The notes under the pieces were generated by a model. The model was not told where the DNA came from, did not search any database, and saw only the letters and a program-made list of their open reading frames with translations. The position numbers and the translations under genes are program-made. A stretch of DNA of 64,000 nucleotides, taken from the NCBI GenBank assembly GCA_964465205.1, contig CAYXJO010000003.1, positions 14,693 through 78,692 of the forward strand. The letters are read 5' to 3'. The DNA comes from an uncultured Gammaproteobacteria bacterium (GTDB lineage Bacteria > Patescibacteriota > Patescibacteriia > Magasanikbacterales > GWA2-37-8). Within the stretch, counting starts at the first letter, position 1. Each line of letters opens with the position of its first letter. Below are positions 58,702 through 64,000 of the stretch, piece after piece.

Positions 58702-60108
58702 ATGCGTGTTTTATATATTGGTGGAGGTTTTGTGGGGAGTTGTTCGGCGGCAGTATCGGCCGATAGCGGGCACGAAACTTTGGTCTTTGATACCGATCAG
58801 AAAAAAATAGAAATGCTCGGCTCGCAAGATCGTGACGCTATACAAAGCTGCCTGTTTGAGGATGGGTTAGCAGATTTGTTGATTAAGAATAAAGATAGAA
58901 TTCGATTTACTTACGATTATGGTCAAGTGGATAAATTTTTGGATGATTGCGATGTGATTTTTATGTGTTTGCCAACACCGGAAGTAGGGGAGACTGGTGA
59001 AACTAATTTGAGTTATTATCTTACAGCTCTAGAGCAAATATCCAAGAGTTTGGCTAAACGCAATGGTGGAAAACAAGAAAAATATGTGGTGGTAGTGAAC
59101 AAGAGCACAGTACCGATAGATATGATAAATAAAACCGATGAGGTGTTAAAGAGTGCCGGTGTTATTAATTGTGGGGCTGTGTCCAATCCAGAATTTTTGG
59201 TGGAAGGCAAGGCGGTACATTGTTCTATTCGCCCATATCGAATTGTGGTGGGCGCCTGGAACGACATCGATTTTGTGGTGATGCGCAAATTGTATGAACG
59301 ATTTTGCACATCTTCTACCGTGCAGTATATTGAAGTGAATCCCAAAGAGGCGGCGGCCGGTAAACTATTAGCCAATTATGTGCTATTTAACAAATTGGCG
59401 GTGTGTTTTGATGTGGTTGGCCGCGCTTGCGAGACTTTTGCGGATTTGCAATTTGAAAACGTGCGAAAAATATTAGTCAGTGAACCGAGAATTGGTAATT
59501 GGGGTCTTTATGATAGTTTGTATGCGGGCGGTAGTTGTTTTATAAAAGACGCGCGTTCTTTGGCTTATCAATTACAGACCAATGGACAAAACGCAGTGAT
59601 GGTAAATGAAACTTATTTGGCCAATCGCAGACAGTTGGAGCTGTTTATTGGCCGGGCGGAACGAGATGCTCGATTTGATTGGCATGATAAAGTCGTGGTG
59701 ATTTTTGGGCTAAGTTTCAAGCAAGATACTAACGACATTAGAAATGCTCCCAGTATTGACATCGTAAACTTTCTTCTAGAAAAACAAGTAAAAGAAATTC
59801 ATGTGCATGATCCGGTATCGATTCCGATGTTCAAAAAAGCGTTTGATGTCACCAAAGATGCTCGATTTGATAAAATAAAATATTTTGATAACGAATCTGA
59901 CGCGCTAGTGAACACACAAGCGGCAATCGTCGCCACTGATTGGCCAAAGTATCGTACTTTGGGTGATTTGATTCTGGGGCAATGTAAATCGCCGTATTTG
60001 GTAATGGATGGACGTAGAATGTTAGCTCAACAGTATGGTGATTTAATTGCGGCGGGGTTTGATTTGGTAGCGGTGGGCAGCCACTTTGTTTCTAATGATC
60101 GTAAATAA
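58702..60108 (+). CDS. ugd: UDP-glucose/GDP-mannose 6-dehydrogenase family
   Basis: CLPTP, NKSTVP, SNPEFL, GGSCF, SFKQDTNDIR, DGR. Confidence 0.88.
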   Translation: MRVLYIGGGFVGSCSAAVSADSGHETLVFDTDQKKIEMLGSQDRDAIQSCLFEDGLADLLIKNKDRIRFTYDYGQVDKFLDDCDVIFMCLPTPEVGETGETNLSYYLTALEQISKSLAKRNGGKQEKYVVVVNKSTVPIDMINKTDEVLKSAGVINCGAVSNPEFLVEGKAVHCSIRPYRIVVGAWNDIDFVVMRKLYERFCTSSTVQYIEVNPKEAAAGKLLANYVLFNKLAVCFDVVGRACETFADLQFENVRKILVSEPRIGNWGLYDSLYAGGSCFIKDARSLAYQLQTNGQNAVMVNETYLANRRQLELFIGRAERDARFDWHDKVVVIFGLSFKQDTNDIRNAPSIDIVNFLLEKQVKEIHVHDPVSIPMFKKAFDVTKDARFDKIKYFDNESDALVNTQAAIVATDWPKYRTLGDLILGQCKSPYLVMDGRRMLAQQYGDLIAAGFDLVAVGSHFVSNDRK

Positions 60109-60123
60109 TATATTAAGATAATT

Positions 60124-61038
60124 ATGTCTCATTACCTGGTTACTGGTGGAGCGGGTTTTATTGGTGCCAATTTGGTCAAACAGCTTTTGGCTGATGGCCA
60201 CACCGTCACTGTATTGGATAATTATGTCGCCGGGAAAAAATCAGAACGCCACCATACGGCCGCGACTTATGTAGATGGGGATGTACGAAATCCGGCAGAT
60301 TTGGATAAAGTGTGCGTTGGGATTGAAGGTATTTTTCATTTGGCCGCGTTGCCGCGGGTGTCGTATTCAGTAGAATATCCCGACATTACGCATGATGTGA
60401 ATGTGGGTGGTACATTGCAAGTCTTGCTCGCCGCTCGTCGTCATAATATCAAACGAGTAGTGTTTTCGTCTTCTGCCTCGGTGTATGGTGAGCGGGATAG
60501 TCACGAGTTGTTAAACGAGCAGGCTAAACACAATCCTTCCAGTCCGTATGCTTTGCATAAGTCTATTGGCGAACAGTATTGTCGCTTGTTTTCCCAATTA
60601 TATGGATTGCAGACGGTCAGTTTGATATATTTTAATGTTTATGGACCGTATTTTGATCCGGATGGCGCGTACGCTCTGGTGGTAGGTAAGTTTTTAAAAC
60701 AAAAACAAGAAAATAAACCAATGACTGTTTGTGGTGATGGTGAATATTATCGCGATTATGTGCACGTGGCAGAAGTAGTGCGTGCCAATATTTTGGCTAT
60801 GCAATCCGATCGGGTGGGTAAGGGCGAAAGCATTAATATTGGTTGTGGTCGCCCGACTACAGTGAATGAGTTGGTAAAAATCATGGGCGGAGAATTTGTT
60901 TATATACCGGCTCGGTTGGGTGATCCCAGGTTTTCCGGTGCTGATAATACCAAAGCTAAGGAGCTACTCGATTGGGAGCCAACTATTAAATTGGAAGACG
61001 GCATTGCTCAACTGAAAAAAGAATGGAAAGTAGAATAA
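60124..61038 (+). CDS. NAD-dependent epimerase/dehydratase
   Basis: [28 protein letters not shown]. Confidence 0.92.
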   Translation: MSHYLVTGGAGFIGANLVKQLLADGHTVTVLDNYVAGKKSERHHTAATYVDGDVRNPADLDKVCVGIEGIFHLAALPRVSYSVEYPDITHDVNVGGTLQVLLAARRHNIKRVVFSSSASVYGERDSHELLNEQAKHNPSSPYALHKSIGEQYCRLFSQLYGLQTVSLIYFNVYGPYFDPDGAYALVVGKFLKQKQENKPMTVCGDGEYYRDYVHVAEVVRANILAMQSDRVGKGESINIGCGRPTTVNELVKIMGGEFVYIPARLGDPRFSGADNTKAKELLDWEPTIKLEDGIAQLKKEWKVE

Positions 61039-61048
61039 ATTCAAATTA

Positions 61049-61143
61049 AAAAACGGTTATACAATTTTAGTGCCCAGCTCGCCCGAATATTGATTTTATA
61101 TCAATGTGGGCTAGTAAGGCACAAAAATTGTATAACCGTTTTT
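61049..61143 (-). repeat. Dispersed ~95-nt hairpin element, copy C
   Basis: Perfect 20-bp arms AAAAACGGTTATACAATTTT/AAAATTGTATAACCGTTTTT around the conserved core. Confidence 0.9.
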
Positions 61144-61157
61144 AGTTTTAGATTGGC

Positions 61158-61433
61158 TTACACTACTACATTAGCAAATTTAGCCAGTTTGAGGCTGCCG
61201 TCAAAACGGCGGCGTTTGGCTTGGGTAAATTTGACTTTACCGGCGCGCGCAGCGAACAGAGAATCGTCGCCAGCTTTTTTTACGCCTACTCCCGGATGAA
61301 TTTTGGTACCGCGTTGGCGGACAATGATCATCCCGGTTTTAATAGCTTCTCCAGCGTGGACCTTGATACCAAGACGTTTCGCTTGTGAATCGCGGCCCAA
61401 CCGTGTAGAACCACCTGCTTTTTTATGAGACAT
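61158..61433 (-). CDS. rpmA: 50S ribosomal protein L27
   Basis: [30 protein letters not shown]. Confidence 0.99.
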   Translation of the reverse strand: MSHKKAGGSTRLGRDSQAKRLGIKVHAGEAIKTGMIIVRQRGTKIHPGVGVKKAGDDSLFAARAGKVKFTQAKRRRFDGSLKLAKFANVVV

Positions 61434-61468
61434 ATTGTTTAAAAATGAGGTTTTTAATGCTGGCCTTC

Positions 61469-61497
61469 ATAATATCATTTTGGTTAAATTTTGTCAA
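61469..61497 (-). promoter_or_regulatory. Sigma70 promoter for rpmA
   Basis: Minus strand TTGACA, 17 nt, TG-A-TATTAT. Confidence 0.7.
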
Positions 61498-61616
61498 GCC
61501 TAAAATGAATTTGGGGCCCTAAAATTCAACTTGTCAAAATAGTCCAAAAATGATAGGATAAATGTAATTAAAAATGAACAAAAATCGAACTTTGTTTGGT
61601 TTTTTATCGTTTATTT

Positions 61617-61970
61617 ATGCTTTACTCACCAAAATTGTTTTTACGTGATTGGTGGATCCTTATTCCTTTGATTCTTATCGGTTTTTTGCAGTTGTGGGGA
61701 TGGTGGTACGTGATTGCGCATATTCACGCTAGTGTTGGGCAGGTGTTTTTGCATTACACTTCGCTTTTTGGTGTCGATTTGGTGGGGGACTGGTGGAAGA
61801 TGTATTATCTTCCAATAGGCGGATCAGCGATGTTGATAGTTAACTTTTTAATAGCTTTTTTGTGCTATCGTAATGATAAATTTTTGGCACGTTTTCTTTG
61901 TTTCTTTACTGCATTGTTAGAATTATTTTTGTCGATGGCGATTTGGTTAATTGTGGGTTTAAATATTTAA
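61617..61970 (+). CDS. Hypothetical three-TM membrane protein
   Basis: LHYTSLFGVDLVGDW between hydrophobic helices; ATG at 61617. Confidence 0.75.
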   Translation: MLYSPKLFLRDWWILIPLILIGFLQLWGWWYVIAHIHASVGQVFLHYTSLFGVDLVGDWWKMYYLPIGGSAMLIVNFLIAFLCYRNDKFLARFLCFFTALLELFLSMAIWLIVGLNI

Positions 61971-61971
61971 T

Positions 61972-63075
61972 ATGCATGATGAGCGCCGTATTCATAAGGT
62001 TGATCGTTGGTTTCTTATCTATTTGGGTATTTTAGTAATATTCGGTTTGATAATTTTGACATCAGCTAGCGCGCCGGTTGGTTATGAAAAGTTCAAAGAT
62101 ACTTATTTTTTTATAAAACGTCAGGTGTGGTATGGTTTGTTACCGGGTATAATTGCGTTTTTGTTCTTGGCCAGAATCAAATATGATAATTGGCGTAAAC
62201 TAAGTTGGGTAATTTATGGTGTGTCGTTATTGCTTTTGGCGTTGGTATTTGTACCGGGAGTAGGCATGGTGATTAATGGTTCGCGTAGTTGGTTGGGTTT
62301 GGGGCCTTCCACTTTTCAACCTTCTGAATTTGCCAAACTAGCCATCGTTATTATGGCGGCCAGTTTGTTGTCGGAAAAAACCCGACTGATACATGATTGG
62401 AAGAATGGTTTATTGCCAGTATTGGCAATTTTGGCGCCAGCTTTTTTATTAATTTTATTACAGCCAGATGTTGGCACTCTTTCTATTTTGGTAGTAATTA
62501 TTTTTATCATGCTGTATATGGCGCGCGCTCCCAAAATTTATTTGATCATTTTAGGGCTTTTGGGAATTATTGCTTTTGCGGGCTTGATGTTCGCGGCTCC
62601 ATACCGTGTCGCCCGTCTAACTGTATTTTTGCATCCCGAGTTAGATCCGCGCGGGGTGGGGTATCACATCAATCAAGCTTTCTTGGCAATTGGTTCGGGC
62701 GGTTTTTGGGGGTTGGGCTTAGGGAATTCGCGTCAAAAGTTTCAATATTTACCGGAAGCCAGCGCGGATTCTGTGTTCGCGGTAATGGCCGAGGAAACAG
62801 GTTTCTTGATTTCTGCTGCATTTGTAATTTTAGTTTTGTTGTTATGTTGGCGTGGACTTAAAATTGCCAAAGAGGCACCTGATGAATTTGGACGTTTATT
62901 GGCCGGAGGTGTGGTCGTGTGGATAGCGTGGCAGTCTTGTCTGAATGTGGGCGCGATGGTGGGAATTCTGCCACTCACCGGCGTGCCATTACCATTTGTT
63001 AGTCATGGTGGTTCGGCGATGATGATGGCTTTTGCCGCCATGGGGCTGGTAGCGGGTGTGAGCCGAGGAAAGTAG
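61972..63075 (+). CDS. ftsW: SEDS family peptidoglycan glycosyltransferase FtsW
   Basis: FQPSEFAK, QPDVG, GLGNSRQKFQYLPE, LPLTGVPLPFVSHGGS. Confidence 0.93.
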   Translation: MHDERRIHKVDRWFLIYLGILVIFGLIILTSASAPVGYEKFKDTYFFIKRQVWYGLLPGIIAFLFLARIKYDNWRKLSWVIYGVSLLLLALVFVPGVGMVINGSRSWLGLGPSTFQPSEFAKLAIVIMAASLLSEKTRLIHDWKNGLLPVLAILAPAFLLILLQPDVGTLSILVVIIFIMLYMARAPKIYLIILGLLGIIAFAGLMFAAPYRVARLTVFLHPELDPRGVGYHINQAFLAIGSGGFWGLGLGNSRQKFQYLPEASADSVFAVMAEETGFLISAAFVILVLLLCWRGLKIAKEAPDEFGRLLAGGVVVWIAWQSCLNVGAMVGILPLTGVPLPFVSHGGSAMMMAFAAMGLVAGVSRGK

Positions 63076-63147
63076 CCAATATTTTGACAATCGCGCTGTG
63101 TTATTTGTAATAAGATAATTGATTAAAATAATAAAAATATTTTTTAT

Positions 63148-64000
63148 ATGCGTATCTTAGTTACTGGAGGAGCGGGGTTTATCGGGTCCAATTTTATTCG
63201 TCATATATTGAATAAATATCCAAATTATTCAATAGTTAATTTGGATTTTTTGACTTATGCGGGTAACTTGGAAAATTTGCGTGATTTTGAATCTGATCCC
63301 CGATATCGGTTTGTAAAAGGAGACATAGCCGATAAGAAATTAGTAGAAAGTTTAATTAAAGATGTAGATGCGATTGTGCATTTTGCCGCCGAATCACATG
63401 TCGATCGTTCGATTCTGGACAGTGCGGCTTTTATACATACCAATATTATTGGCACCCATACTTTACTTGAGGCAGCCAAAAGTAATGGCAATAAAAGGTT
63501 TCATCATGTTTCTACCGATGAGGTGTTTGGTGCATTGACGAGTCAAGATCCGCCTTTTGATGAAAACACAAATTATTCTCCGCGTAGTCCGTATTCGGCC
63601 AGCAAAGCCGCCTCTGATCATTTGGTTCGAGCTTATTTTCATACTTATGGTTTGCCAATTACCATTTCGAATTGTTCGAATAATTATGGTCCGTATCAAT
63701 TTCCAGAAAAGTTACATGGATTATTTATAACCAATTTGATTGAAGGCAAGAAAGTGCCAGTGTATGGCGACGGTATGCAAATTCGCGATTGGTTATATGT
63801 TGGTGATCACTGCGCGGCAATTGATACGATATTGCATAAAGGCAAAATAGGAGAGACGTATTGTGTTGGCGGTAATAGCGAAAAACCAAACCTAGCAATC
63901 ACGAAAGAGATTTTGAAATTGTTGGATAAAAGCGAAGACATGATTGAATATGTCAAAGATCGTCCTGGTCACGATCGTAGATATGCGATTAATTTTACTA
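63148..64000 (+). CDS. rfbB: dTDP-glucose 4,6-dehydratase, 3'-truncated
   Basis: Manual translation [18 protein letters not shown]...LTYAGNLENL...AAESHVDRS...STDEV...YSASK; runs off the window. Confidence 0.96.
   Translation, partial: MRILVTGGAGFIGSNFIRHILNKYPNYSIVNLDFLTYAGNLENLRDFESDPRYRFVKGDIADKKLVESLIKDVDAIVHFAAESHVDRSILDSAAFIHTNIIGTHTLLEAAKSNGNKRFHHVSTDEVFGALTSQDPPFDENTNYSPRSPYSASKAASDHLVRAYFHTYGLPITISNCSNNYGPYQFPEKLHGLFITNLIEGKKVPVYGDGMQIRDWLYVGDHCAAIDTILHKGKIGETYCVGGNSEKPNLAITKEILKLLDKSEDMIEYVKDRPGHDRRYAINFT

Noticed and set aside
1-64000. Alternative genetic code 25 (TGA as Gly)
   Set aside because: Conserved genes translate full length under code 11 and some ORFs end properly at TGA.

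Overview
Chromosomal segment of a Patescibacteria/CPR (Parcubacteria-like, plausibly Magasanikbacteria-type) bacterium using the standard code (TGA is a stop). The taxon is inferred from gene content, AT-rich SD-less start regions and giant Cys-rich surface proteins. Contents in order: the 3' part of a giant Cys-rich/LamG surface protein and two DxDxDG-repeat membrane proteins; ybeY-dgkA-ftsA-ftsZ-nrdR-hyp-pyk; glyA; an ABC-F ATPase; an Elp3-type radical SAM/KAT gene overlapping head-to-head with a Trm9/ALKBH8-like methyltransferase; two small SD-bearing orphan genes; a GT4; tRNA-Val(TAC); an aromatic amino acid permease; a small HTH protein preceded by three long palindromes; an ECF sigma/anti-sigma pair; an S-layer-like protein with a structured leader; a Zn phospholipase C/P1-nuclease-like exoprotein; a ~27 kb surface-glycosylation cluster (ligase/OTase-TPR, three GT-C proteins, flippase, GDP-heptose pathway, galE, uxs, ugd); rpmA; ftsW; partial rfbB. 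Best leads: (1) the Elp3 + Trm9-like pair as an archaeal/eukaryotic-type wobble-U pathway; (2) three dispersed ~95-nt hairpin elements with a covarying conserved core and copy-specific outer stems; (3) a palindrome array beside an HTH gene; (4) an ECF/S-layer/heptose glycosylation module. No transposase, integrase, CRISPR array or rRNA was seen. All calls are by eye, without database searches.
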